Source: Paraliomyxa miuraensis
Lineage (GTDB): Bacteria > Myxococcota_A > Polyangia > Nannocystales > Nannocystaceae
Assembly: GCF_026337845.1 (NCBI RefSeq)
Contig: NZ_JAOVZF010000154.1
Span: 283,640 to 315,639, forward strand
Direction: 5' to 3'
Length of the DNA: 32,000 nt
A program made the position numbers and the translations under genes. The notes beneath the pieces are model-generated. The model did not search any database and was not told where the DNA came from. It was given only the letters and a program-made list of their open reading frames with translations. Shown in pieces: positions 17,848 through 27,181 of this stretch. The stretch's first letter is position 1; the number at the start of each line of letters is the position of its first letter.

Positions 17848-18569
17848 GCGCCGAAGCGACCAAGGCCGACGACGGCCACACCAAGCCCAGGGCCGACAAG
17901 CCCACCATCATCCGCTGCCAGGATCTCGGCCGCACGTTCTGGCGCGGCAAGGAGCGCCTCGACGTGCTCGAAGAGCTCGACCTCGAGATCCCCGAGGGCT
18001 CGTTCGAGGCGCTGATGGGCCCGTCCGGCTCCGGCAAGACCACGCTGCTGAACATCATCGCCGGCCTCGATCGACCGACTCGAGGCCGCATCGAGGTGGC
18101 CGGCAAGAGCCTCGGCGACCTGAGCGAGGCGGCGCTGGCCAAGTGGCGCTCGCAGACCATCGGGTTCGTGTTCCAGCACTTCAACCTGATCCCCGTGCTC
18201 ACCGCCGTCGAGAACGTGGAGCTGCCGCTCTTGCTCACCAAGGTGCCCGCCTCCGAGCGCAAGAAGCGGGCGCAGACCGCCCTGCGCGTGGTGGGCCTCG
18301 AGGACCGCATGGACCACCGCCCGCAGCAGCTCTCGGGCGGTCAGGAGCAGCGCGTGGGCATTGCCCGCGCGATCGTCCACGATCCCAAGATCATCGTGGC
18401 CGACGAGCCCACCGGCGAGCTCGATCGCCAGAGCGCCGACGACGTGCTCACCCTGCTCGAGCGGCTCAACCGCGAATTCGACAAGACCATCCTCATGGTC
18501 ACCCACGATCCCGCCGCCGCCGAGCGTGCCTCCGTGCTGCGCAAGCTCGACAAGGGGAGGCTGTCGTGA
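17844..18569 (+). CDS. ABC transporter ATP-binding protein (MacB/LolD-type)
   Basis: Walker A GPSGSGKTT, Q-loop, signature LSGGQEQR, Walker B IIVADEPTGELD, H-loop VTHD. GTGA overlap with the next gene at 18566-18569. Confidence 0.95.
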   Translation: MSAEATKADDGHTKPRADKPTIIRCQDLGRTFWRGKERLDVLEELDLEIPEGSFEALMGPSGSGKTTLLNIIAGLDRPTRGRIEVAGKSLGDLSEAALAKWRSQTIGFVFQHFNLIPVLTAVENVELPLLLTKVPASERKKRAQTALRVVGLEDRMDHRPQQLSGGQEQRVGIARAIVHDPKIIVADEPTGELDRQSADDVLTLLERLNREFDKTILMVTHDPAAAERASVLRKLDKGRLS

Positions 18570-19750
18570 CGCTCGTCGGCCTGTCGGTCAAGAACATCCG
18601 CCGCAACCGCCTGCGAGCCGTGCTCACCGTGCTCGGCGTCGCGATCGCCCTGCTCGCGTTCGTGTTCATCCGCACCACCCTCGACGCATGGTCCACCGGG
18701 GCCGAGCACGCCGCCCAGGACCGCCTGGGCACGATGCACAAGGTCTCGTTCACCATGGACCTGCCGCGCACCTACTTCGAGGAGCTCGACGGCACGCGCG
18801 GCACCGTGCCCGGGGTCAAGGCCGCCACCTACCAGAACTGGTTCGGGGGCAAGCACCCCGTGCGCGAGCAGGAGTTCTTCGCCACCATCGCCGTCCACTC
18901 CGACACGTTCTTCGACGTGTACTCCGACATGGCGGTCCCCCCCGATCAGCTCGCCGCCTGGAAGGAGGATCGCCAGGGCGCGATCGTCGGCGAGGCGCTC
19001 GCCAAGCAGTTCGGCTGGAGCGTCGGCGACGATGTCACGCTGCTGGGCACGATCTACCCCGGCGACTGGAAGTTCACGATCCGCGGGATCTACAGCGCCA
19101 CCCGGCGCGCCGTGGACCGCACCCAGTTCGTGTTCCACTGGACCTACCTCAACGAGTCCATCAAGGACACCATGCCCGAGCAGACCGAGCGGGTCGGCTG
19201 GATCAGCACCGTGATCGAGCCCGGCGCTCGCGGGGCCGACGTGGCCCAGGCCATCGACGCCAAGTTCGAGGAGCACGACGTCCAGACCCGCACCATGAGC
19301 GAGCGCGCGCTCAGCATGGAGTTCATGGGCTCGTTCGGCGCCATCCTCACCGCGCTCGACGTGGTCTCCGGCGTGATCCTCGTGATCATGATGCTGATCC
19401 TGGGCAACACCATCGCCATGAGCGTGCGCGAGCGGACCAACGAGCACGGCGTGCTGCTGGCGCTGGGCTTCCGCCCCAAGCACATCGCGCTGTTCGTGAT
19501 GGGCGAGGGCCTGGCGATCGGCCTGCTCGGCGGGCTCGCGGGCCTGTGCCTCTCCTACCCCTTCATCAACGGCATGGGCCGGTGGATCGAGGACAACATG
19601 GGCGCGTGGTTTCCGTACTTCCAGATCCCCATCGACGTGGCGATCACCGCCCTGCTGCTCGCGATGCTGCTCGCGGGGCTCGCCGCGGTGATTCCCGCCT
19701 ACCGGGCCTCGCGGCTCGACGTGATCGACGCCCTGCGTCGCATCGGCTGA
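18566..19750 (+). CDS. ABC transporter permease, FtsX/MacB-type (permease 1)
   Basis: GTG start. N-terminal TM segment RLRAVLTVLGVAIALLAFVFI. A large periplasmic domain, then three C-terminal TMs with RERTNEHGVLLALGFRPKHI, the typical FtsX-family motif. Confidence 0.9.
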   Translation: MTLVGLSVKNIRRNRLRAVLTVLGVAIALLAFVFIRTTLDAWSTGAEHAAQDRLGTMHKVSFTMDLPRTYFEELDGTRGTVPGVKAATYQNWFGGKHPVREQEFFATIAVHSDTFFDVYSDMAVPPDQLAAWKEDRQGAIVGEALAKQFGWSVGDDVTLLGTIYPGDWKFTIRGIYSATRRAVDRTQFVFHWTYLNESIKDTMPEQTERVGWISTVIEPGARGADVAQAIDAKFEEHDVQTRTMSERALSMEFMGSFGAILTALDVVSGVILVIMMLILGNTIAMSVRERTNEHGVLLALGFRPKHIALFVMGEGLAIGLLGGLAGLCLSYPFINGMGRWIEDNMGAWFPYFQIPIDVAITALLLAMLLAGLAAVIPAYRASRLDVIDALRRIG

Positions 19751-19782
19751 CGCCCGTCGGCGCCGCCCCGGAAACGCTCGCC

Positions 19783-20949
19783 ATGATCCCGATCCGCTAC
19801 AACCTCCGCAACCTCGCCGTTCGTCGCGCCACCACCCTGGCCACCGCGCTCGGCGTGGGCCTGGTCGTGTTCGTGCTCGCCGCCGCGCTCATGCTCACCG
19901 AGGGACTTCGGCGCACGCTGTCGCGCTCGGGGCAGCCCGACAACGCCGTCGTCATGCGCAAGGGCTCCGACAACGAGCTGTCGAGCTCGATCGCCAACAC
20001 CCAGGTCGGCCAGATCGCCTCCGCCCCCGGCGTGAAGAAGGACGCCGACGGCCGCCCGCTCGCCGTCGGCGACGTGGTGGCCGTGATCTTCGCCGATCTC
20101 GCCAACGGCAAGGGCAAGTCCAACATCGTGATCCGCGGCGTCACCCCCGAGGGCATCGCCTTTCGGCCCGAGGTGAAGGTCGTCGAGGGCACCCTGCCCC
20201 GCCCGGGCACCGAGGAGGTCATGGTGGGCCGCAAGATCGCGCGGCGCTTCGAGGGGTTGGATCTCGGCGGCGAGCTCGAGCTCCGCAAGAACCGCTCGGC
20301 CAAGGTCGTCGGTGTGTTCGAAGCCGGCGGCTCGTCCTACGAGTCCGAGGTCTGGGGCGATCTCGACTACGTGGCCGGGGCCTTCGGCCGCGAGGGCATG
20401 GTCTCGATGGTCCGCGTGCGGCTCGAGTCGCCCGCGCTCTTCGATGGGTTCGCGGCCGCGGTCGAGCAGGACAAGCGCCTCGGGTTCGACGCCATGCCCG
20501 AGCTCGAGTTCTACGAGAAGGCCTCGGAGCAGACCGCCGTGTTCATCACCGCGATGGGGGTGATCATCGCCGTGTTCTTCTCCATCGGCGCCATGATCGG
20601 CGCCATGATCACGATGTACGGCGCGGTGGCCAACCGCAGGAGCGAGATCGGCGTGCTGCGGGCGCTGGGGTTCTCGCGCACCACCATCCTCGTGTCGTTC
20701 CTGTTCGAGTCCGTGCTCCTGTCGCTGCTCGGTGGCCTGCTCGGCATCGCCGCCGCCAGCACGCTCGGCATGGTCAAGTTCTCCATGATGAACTTCCAGA
20801 CCTTCTCCGAGATCGTGTTCGCGTTCGAGCCCACCTCGGAGATCCTGATCTCCGCGCTGGTGTTCGGCGGCGTGATGGGGGTGATCGGCGGGTTCCTGCC
20901 CGCGATCCGGGCCGCGCGCACGGCCCCGATCGAGGCGATGCGCGGGTAG
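19783..20949 (+). CDS. ABC transporter permease, FtsX/MacB-type (permease 2)
   Basis: N-terminal TM segment TLATALGVGLVVFVLAAALML. A periplasmic domain, then NRRSEIGVLRALGFSRTTIL and three TMs. It is clearly diverged from permease 1. Confidence 0.9.
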   Translation: MIPIRYNLRNLAVRRATTLATALGVGLVVFVLAAALMLTEGLRRTLSRSGQPDNAVVMRKGSDNELSSSIANTQVGQIASAPGVKKDADGRPLAVGDVVAVIFADLANGKGKSNIVIRGVTPEGIAFRPEVKVVEGTLPRPGTEEVMVGRKIARRFEGLDLGGELELRKNRSAKVVGVFEAGGSSYESEVWGDLDYVAGAFGREGMVSMVRVRLESPALFDGFAAAVEQDKRLGFDAMPELEFYEKASEQTAVFITAMGVIIAVFFSIGAMIGAMITMYGAVANRRSEIGVLRALGFSRTTILVSFLFESVLLSLLGGLLGIAAASTLGMVKFSMMNFQTFSEIVFAFEPTSEILISALVFGGVMGVIGGFLPAIRAARTAPIEAMRG

Positions 20950-20972
20950 AGCCTGCGGAATCCCACTCGGCG

Positions 20973-22073
20973 TCACTCGCACCCCGCCCCCGCGATCTTC
21001 ACCGAAACCTCCGCCGGCTCCCCCTCCGGCCGCGTCAACCGCAGCGCATACCTCCCCTTCCTCAAGAACACCACCGGTGTCGGGATCTCGAGCCCCATCG
21101 CCACCTCGGCCACGATCTTGTCGCACCCCATCGTGCACTCCTCGATCGTCATCTCCGACCCCACCGCCCCATCACTGAGCAGCGAGAAGAACCGATACTC
21201 ACCATCCTCGGGCACTTCCACCGCGATCGTCTTCCACATCTCCCCATCCCGCGGCCCAACCGTGCCTGGCTCGTCGCACGCGATCCTCTCCGTGATCCAT
21301 ACCTTCTCGCCCCCGTCGCACCGAGATCGCAACGCCGTCGGCTCCTCGCACCCATGGAGCGGATACCGATACCGCCACTGCGCGCACTCCCGCACCGTCT
21401 CATACTCCTCCACGATCTCCTCCCACCCCACGCCGGTCTCGTCCTCGATCACCTCGATGATCCGCTCCACCCTCGAGTCCCAGTCGGTCTCCCGCAGCAA
21501 TGCATGCGTGACCTCCGGCCCATAGCGTTCCTGCAGATGCGCCACGAAGTGCCCCGCCCGGGGGTACCACCGTGTAGACAGCCTGGTCGCATCGCTGGCC
21601 GACTCGATGCCCTCCATCAGGTCTCCGTTCGACATCACCCGCATGGGGAGGCGGGCATCGTCACCAAACACTTCCGCCGTCCCTTCCTCGAAGAACAGCT
21701 GCGAGAACCCAGCAAATCCGCGCACCCCATGGATCATCTCGTGCTCCTGCGGAGCCACCTCCGCGTACACGGCATCGCGGAAGGAACAGCCCAGGGCCCC
21801 CCGCGGGCATGGCGAGCCGTCCTCCTCCAACCCATGCACGTAGACCAGCGGCCGATCGACCTCTACCCCCATCGCGTCGGCGGCGAGCGCAACGTACCGA
21901 TCCATGTACGGCAGCGTCCCCTCGCACAGCTCGTACGCACCTGGTTGCGGCGCGTAGTCGAGCTGCGCGCCGCTCCAGGTGATGGGTGGGATCTCGCGGC
22001 CTGGATCGTCGGCCTCACAGCCCAAGGCTGCCAGCAGGACGATCACGCCCCACGTGATGCTCGATGACCGCAT
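20973..22073 (-). CDS. Lipoprotein with HExxH motif (putative zinc metallopeptidase-like)
   Basis: Signal MRSSSITWGVIVLLAALG|C. Contains VAPQEHEMIHGVRG (HExxH). Multiple Cys in the C-terminal half. Lies 19 nt downstream of the preceding co-directional lipoprotein gene. Confidence 0.7.
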   Translation of the reverse strand: MRSSSITWGVIVLLAALGCEADDPGREIPPITWSGAQLDYAPQPGAYELCEGTLPYMDRYVALAADAMGVEVDRPLVYVHGLEEDGSPCPRGALGCSFRDAVYAEVAPQEHEMIHGVRGFAGFSQLFFEEGTAEVFGDDARLPMRVMSNGDLMEGIESASDATRLSTRWYPRAGHFVAHLQERYGPEVTHALLRETDWDSRVERIIEVIEDETGVGWEEIVEEYETVRECAQWRYRYPLHGCEEPTALRSRCDGGEKVWITERIACDEPGTVGPRDGEMWKTIAVEVPEDGEYRFFSLLSDGAVGSEMTIEECTMGCDKIVAEVAMGLEIPTPVVFLRKGRYALRLTRPEGEPAEVSVKIAGAGCE

Positions 22074-22092
22074 CGACCCGCCCGTTCACCGC

Positions 22093-23436
22093 TCATCCTT
22101 CGCCACCACCCGACCATTGCCACTGCGCCGGCGCCACCACGAGCGTCCAGTGCCCCAAGCCGTCCTCGTGGCCGATGGTGAGCGCCGAGCTGGCCCAACC
22201 TTCTGGGGTCTTCGTCACCACCAGCGCCGTCTCGTTGGTGGCGTTCACGACGCCCGGGATCCCGCCGCTCTCGGCGCTCACCGCAAACCACGCCGCCCCC
22301 GGCGGAATCTCGAGCGTCATGCCCTCCTCGTCGAGCACGGCCGGCGTGCTGTCCCACAGGCGTACCGCGAAGCCATCGACGGTGATCGTGAAGTCCTTGG
22401 TACCGACCTCGGCCGCTCCCGCCGCGTGGAGTTCGAGGTTCTCGAGTGACGCTCCCAACACCGGATCCACCAGGACGGTCAGGGTCGAGCATGCGCCGGG
22501 TTGGCATCCGCTGGCCTCCGAGCCGAGCTCACCGAACCCTTGCACGATGGAGCCATCGAGCGACGGCCCCACCAGCTCCCCACTCCCCGCCACCAGCCTC
22601 GAGGTCACCGAGCCGGGGTCGGGGTCGATCTCCAGGAAGAGCACACCATCGTTGTCGTCCGCCGAGGAACACTCATCGAGCACCCCCTCCAGCGGATGGA
22701 CCCCGGCCCAGTTGGCGTCCACGACGGCGATCTGCACGTCGGTCACGAGACCCGGTGGATCGAAGGACCACGACCCGGACTCGAGTAGCGACGCATAGTC
22801 GATGCCATTGTCATCTGGATCGCAGCTCGGTGGGATCGACCCCACGCCCGTGAGGTCGACGAACGCCTCGATGCAATCTCGCTGATGGTCACGGACGTAG
22901 TCCGCGATCTTGTTCACCGCAGCCCTCTTGGCCGCATCGGCGATCGATGGTCCTCCGAATGCATCGTCGGCGAAGTCGCGCAGGTTGGGCGCCATCGACT
23001 TGCAGCCCTGCTCGGCCAGGTCGACGATGCAGAAGCGTTCGTGGGGTTGCTCGCAGTTGGGAGCCGACTCGTCGTACTCCGGACAGCACGCCATCACATG
23101 CGGGCTCTCGTAGCTGTCTCCCGTCACCCCCGGACCGAATTCGAGCACGAGGGCATCGGAGACGGGAGATCCGTCGAAGGGACCATCGACCATGACCTCG
23201 ATCGCGATGTCACCCTCGCACTGGTACTTGTACGCGAAGCGATCGGGCCTCGAGTCCGTGAGACAGCTTCTCGAGAGCACCGGCCCATCCCCTCCGCCGG
23301 CGTCGTCGCCATCGGTCTCGCCCGGGTCGACCGGCATATCCGGATCCTCTCCACCTCCGCATCCGACCGTGCTCATGCCGGCCAGCAGGGCCGCAATGCT
23401 CATCATGTTCTGGGTTCGCAACTTCCACGCGTGCAT
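22093..23436 (-). CDS. Lipoprotein, unknown function (Cys-containing, acidic)
   Basis: ATG at 23436 gives MHAWKLRTQNMMSIAALLAGMSTVG|C, a signal peptide with lipobox. Acidic linker followed by a protein-like domain. Alternative ATG at 23406. Confidence 0.7.
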   Translation of the reverse strand: MHAWKLRTQNMMSIAALLAGMSTVGCGGGEDPDMPVDPGETDGDDAGGGDGPVLSRSCLTDSRPDRFAYKYQCEGDIAIEVMVDGPFDGSPVSDALVLEFGPGVTGDSYESPHVMACCPEYDESAPNCEQPHERFCIVDLAEQGCKSMAPNLRDFADDAFGGPSIADAAKRAAVNKIADYVRDHQRDCIEAFVDLTGVGSIPPSCDPDDNGIDYASLLESGSWSFDPPGLVTDVQIAVVDANWAGVHPLEGVLDECSSADDNDGVLFLEIDPDPGSVTSRLVAGSGELVGPSLDGSIVQGFGELGSEASGCQPGACSTLTVLVDPVLGASLENLELHAAGAAEVGTKDFTITVDGFAVRLWDSTPAVLDEEGMTLEIPPGAAWFAVSAESGGIPGVVNATNETALVVTKTPEGWASSALTIGHEDGLGHWTLVVAPAQWQWSGGGEG

Positions 23437-24055
23437 GAAGACGAACGTGCCGTTCGCATGCAACCCGGCAACTCACCATCCTCCGCCTGGCTGCGTAACG
23501 ATGTCCTCGAGACTCCAACTTCGAACCCGATCGAGCACTGGCCCAAGGGCTGCTCTTCGCGCCGCCATCGCCCACGTTTCGAGCGTGCGGCTCCAATTCC
23601 TGCGCCCCGCAACGAACGAGCCGTCCAGAATTCGACCCACGGGAGCCCCCGACCCCGCTACCATCCTCCCGCAATCACCACGACCGTCCCGAGCATCCAC
23701 GATGGGCAAGGCCACCACCTTCTCCTCCACCCGCACCACCATGCGTCACCACGACGTCGTCGTCGTTGGAATCCCACAGCGCGCACTGGCAAGTCCTCGA
23801 TGACCTGCTTGCAGTAGTGACGCGCCATGAGCTGGTCGTCGGGATCATCCACCATCGGATGGAAAGCCCACGAGGTAGATGTCGAGCTTGGCAGACGGGC
23901 CTGCTTACTGCAGGACCCTCGCACCGGTCTCGAGCACCTTGGTCCTCGTGGTCTCCGGCGCCCATGATGTCGAGGCTCCGGCACGAGCCAACGCCGCCCT
24001 GCCTTGGCGCGGTCGACAACGACACGTCGATCGTCGATGATGGACCGTGAGACCG

Positions 24056-24979
24056 ATGGTGAGCCCGCAACGATTTCCGTTCCTCCTCGCCGGGAGCGTG
24101 GCACTGGCCTTCGTCCTCACGCTGCTCAGCGGCTGCGACGGTCGACCACTGGTCGACACCGACCCCAGCGATGGAGGCACGGCGGAGGCCACCGCGAGCG
24201 AGACCATGGCGAGCGAGGGCACGACGGTAGCGACCTCGACGATGGCGACCTCGGCCTCCGATGAGACCGCCGGCGACGAAACCGCAACGACCACCGAGAC
24301 CGGCGAGGCCACGGATTGTCACACCCCGCGGCCGATCCCTCCGTCCCCGTTCGACTGCCGCGGCGTCGACGGGGTGCTCACCCACCACGTTGGCATCGAG
24401 GAGGGGGGCCACGATCCCTCGATCCTCTCCGGCATCCGGCGGGTAGAGGGCTCGGTGTTCCTCCACACGGCCGACATCACCAATCTGGACTTCATGGGGT
24501 GCCTGCAAGAGGTCACGGGCGGAATCACCATTTTCGACAACGACCAGCTCACCAATGTCGACGGGCTGTGGAACATCCGCGAGATCGGCACCGACTTCGT
24601 GTTCGCGAACAACGACGCATTGGTGATCTTCGACGGGCTGCCCAACCTCGAGACCTTCGCCCGTGGCTTGTTCATCCATGACAACGGATCCCTGGAGGAG
24701 CTCAATGGGTTCCAGAGCTTGATGGGTCTCGAGGGGATCATGTTCATTATCAAGGATGGGCAAGGCTGGGAGGAAGGGTTCGTCTCAATTCACAGCAACC
24801 CCGTGCTCCGACACATCGATGGCCTGGGTGGGCTCACCGTGGTCAACGGGACCTTCACCGTCACGGACAACCCGATGCTGTGCTGCAGCAGCGTCGCGTG
24901 CGTGGGCGAGAACCTGCTGCTGCCCATCGCGCCCGAGCCGACATGGATGCAATGCTCGGGCAACGACCATGGCTGCTGA
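24056..24979 (+). CDS. Lipoprotein with receptor L-domain-like (right-handed beta-helix / LRR-like) repeats
   Basis: Signal MVSPQRFPFLLAGSVALAFVLTLLSG|C. Thr/Ala/Glu-rich linker. Repeats CLQEVTGGITIFDNDQLTNVDGLWNIREIG..FANNDALVIFDGLPNLE..IHDNGSLEELNGF, ending in TVTDNPMLCC. This resembles the EGFR/insulin-receptor L-domain pattern (L..V.G.l.I..N..L ... NNPxLC). Confidence 0.7.
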   Translation: MVSPQRFPFLLAGSVALAFVLTLLSGCDGRPLVDTDPSDGGTAEATASETMASEGTTVATSTMATSASDETAGDETATTTETGEATDCHTPRPIPPSPFDCRGVDGVLTHHVGIEEGGHDPSILSGIRRVEGSVFLHTADITNLDFMGCLQEVTGGITIFDNDQLTNVDGLWNIREIGTDFVFANNDALVIFDGLPNLETFARGLFIHDNGSLEELNGFQSLMGLEGIMFIIKDGQGWEEGFVSIHSNPVLRHIDGLGGLTVVNGTFTVTDNPMLCCSSVACVGENLLLPIAPEPTWMQCSGNDHGC

Positions 24980-25246
24980 GTCGTGAGCATCCGACGCAGT
25001 GGCAGTCCGTCCCCGTCGCGCTGACCTCGAAGGATGGACCTGCGTGCCCATCTGGCATGTGCTCGGGGCCCAGCCTCGCTCGCCGTGCGGCTGGCACCGC
25101 GCCGCGCGCCGCCATGACAACTCCGAGCCACGAGCTCGATGGCTCCGCGACGGCCGAGAGTCACCGCGCGCATGCGACAACTCCCCGTTGCATCCGTCTC
25201 TCCACCGTACCCTTCGCCCACGGGCGAAATGGAAAGAGACTAGACC

Positions 25247-25912
25247 ATGAAGATCCTGAATGCGCTCGTCGCCTTGGCCTTGCCCCTCACCCTCCTGCTC
25301 GCCGCCTGCGACGGCCCCGGCGACGACGAGACCAGCGCCGGAAGTGCCGAGGGCACGGCGACCGACGGTGAGGTCACGGGCGGGTCCACCGAAGGAGGAA
25401 CGGCCGACGGCTCCGGTGACGGCCCCACCAGCTGTGAGGGTCCCAACCCCAGCGGTTGCATCGAGACCGGCTGCGGCGAGGGCGAGGTCTGCTCCACCGA
25501 GACCGAGGAGTGCATCTCCAGCGCCTGCTCCTGCGACGAGGCCTCCGGCCAGTGGCAGTGCACCCCCGATTGCAGCGGGGGCGTGTGCGTTCCCCAGTTG
25601 GAGTGCGAGGGGCCCAACCCCGCCGGCTGCATCGAGACCGGCTGCGACGAGGGTGAGGTCTGCTCCACCGAGACCGAGGAGTGCATCTCGTCGTCCTGCA
25701 CGTGCGACGAGGCCACCGGTCAGTGGGTGTGCACCGACGATTGCGGAGGCGGGTCGTGCATCCCCGAGGGGATGGGGGCTTGCCCCGGGGTCAACCCGGC
25801 CGACGAGTGCCCCGAGGATCCCGAGGCCTGCGTCCCCTCGGGCTGCGTCTGCGACCCGGTGGCCGAGGCGTGGAGCTGCACTCCCGATTGCAACGGTGGC
25901 ACGCGCTGCTGA
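25247..25912 (+). CDS. Lipoprotein with three tandem cysteine-rich modules
   Basis: ATG preceded by GGAAAGAG. Signal MKILNALVALALPLTLLLAA|C. Two near-identical 57-aa modules (CEGPNP.GCIETGC.EGEVCSTETEECISS.C.CDEA.GQW.C..DC.GG.C) and one diverged third module. Confidence 0.85.
   Translation: MKILNALVALALPLTLLLAACDGPGDDETSAGSAEGTATDGEVTGGSTEGGTADGSGDGPTSCEGPNPSGCIETGCGEGEVCSTETEECISSACSCDEASGQWQCTPDCSGGVCVPQLECEGPNPAGCIETGCDEGEVCSTETEECISSSCTCDEATGQWVCTDDCGGGSCIPEGMGACPGVNPADECPEDPEACVPSGCVCDPVAEAWSCTPDCNGGTRC
25433..25774 (+). repeat. Tandem duplication, 2 x 171 bp, inside the Cys-repeat lipoprotein gene
   Basis: Copy 1 is 25433-25603 and copy 2 is 25604-25774. They have long identical runs, for example ggctgcatcgagaccggctgcg and gaggtctgctccaccgagaccgaggagtgcatctc. 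A diverged third module lies at ~25781-25909. Confidence 0.9.
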
Positions 25913-26646
25913 GCGCGACGGGAACGAGGGAGCCGAGCGACGACCCGCTCAGCCCGTCGAGCCAGAAGCACGAGCGAGTCGAGCCCACCACCGCTCGACT
26001 CGTTCGAGAACATCGACGTCCTCGAGAACGTGGTCGACCCGGATCTCGACCCGCGACGAGGCGAGCGCGTGGGCACCGTCGTGCGCCTGCATACGCATCG
26101 CATCACGCTGGCGTGGAGCACCGGGCACACGACGACGGTGCGACGGCGATGGTTGAGAGCATCTCGGAGGCCACCCACCACGACCAGGAACCCACCCAAA
26201 CGTCGCGCCCGCCGAGTCGGTCGCGCCATTCCCATCGCATCCCACCCCATCGTGCCACCGATCCTCACATCTTGGAGCCGACAGCATGCCAACGAAGAAG
26301 CCTCCCAAGCGGAGACCATGGATGGCACCCCTCGCGAGGGTCGGTCGGCTGTAGCCCGATCGATCCGACGCACGATCACGCATGCCCAAAGTACCTCCTC
26401 ACCGTCCAACGTCGGGATGGCCGCCACTCACCGTGCTGGGCCCACTGGCGCCTACGAGAGCGGGTGGGATAAGCAGCACGGCACCGGGGCTGGCCAGCGC
26501 CCGCCTCGGCACCACGGTGCAGTACCGGCCGCTGAGCTTGGAATGCCGAGGTGCACCTCGAATTCAGCGCCAATGCTCCCTACCTACTGCTCAAATTATC
26601 GGTCTGGGTTCCTAGCCCTAGCCTCGGAGAACCATAAATGGGCGAT

Positions 26647-26967
26647 TCATTGCCATCTTGGGTCGCCCGGCTTTCCATCGCCGTTTGCGTCTTTTGCGCA
26701 CCCGCCATGGTTACAACTGAGGCTGCACTCCCATGAGTCGCAGAGACCGTTTCCGCTACAGTGATTACAGCATGGGCTGTAATTTCCGGGACATCCGATT
26801 ATCGCATGGGCTTCCGCCAATCCAAACTCCAAATCCACACAACTCAACCCTTCGACTTGCTCAACCGGCGCCATCGAGTGTTGAACCGCCGTCGTATCGA
26901 TCTGAACAAAGCTGACCAAACCGTATGCACCGATGGACAACACACTCGCCAAAAGAATCCTCTTCAT
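26647..26967 (-). CDS. Small exported cysteine-rich peptide (106 aa), unknown family
   Basis: Strong SD: AGAGGAGA is followed by aatgggtg and then ATG (26967). N-terminus MKRILLASVLSIGAYGLVSFV is signal or anchor-like. The C-terminal part has 8 Cys within 32 aa (CPGNYSPCCNHCSGNGLCDSWECSLSCNHGGC). Codons frequently end in A/T, unlike all neighbouring genes. Confidence 0.6.
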   Translation of the reverse strand: MKRILLASVLSIGAYGLVSFVQIDTTAVQHSMAPVEQVEGLSCVDLEFGLAEAHAIIGCPGNYSPCCNHCSGNGLCDSWECSLSCNHGGCAKDANGDGKPGDPRWQ

Positions 26968-27181
26968 CACCCATTCTCCTCTGTTGACCCAACCCCGGCC
27001 CGAACCGGGCTTTTACAGTCTTGTAACGACTGAATCCACTCCGGCGAGTTCCTTTCGCCTTTCGCCGTGCGCCTTTCGTGCACCGCTCGTAGCACGAGTC
27101 TCCTGCTTCCGAACCGGAAACACCCGCCGCGAACATTCCTGCTACCAGGAAACATGCCGCATGGATCCACAACGAGCCCTG

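Noticed and set aside
25913-26764. The reading frame of the Cys-repeat lipoprotein stays open for ~850 nt after its TGA. It includes a protein-like patch, FENIDVLENVVDPDLDPRRGERVGTVVRLHTHRITLAWSTGH.
   Set aside because: Most of the translation is Arg/Pro/Thr/Ser-rich and not protein-like. There is no start codon with an RBS and no recognisable domain. It is possibly a decayed gene, but I cannot support a CDS or a readthrough claim.
26967-27170. A 67-codon upstream ORF (MDPCGMFPGSRNVRGG...) ending in a TGATG overlap with the Cys-peptide ATG.
   Set aside because: The sequence is highly basic and low-complexity and has no SD. I kept it only as a possible regulatory uORF in the leader finding, not as a gene.
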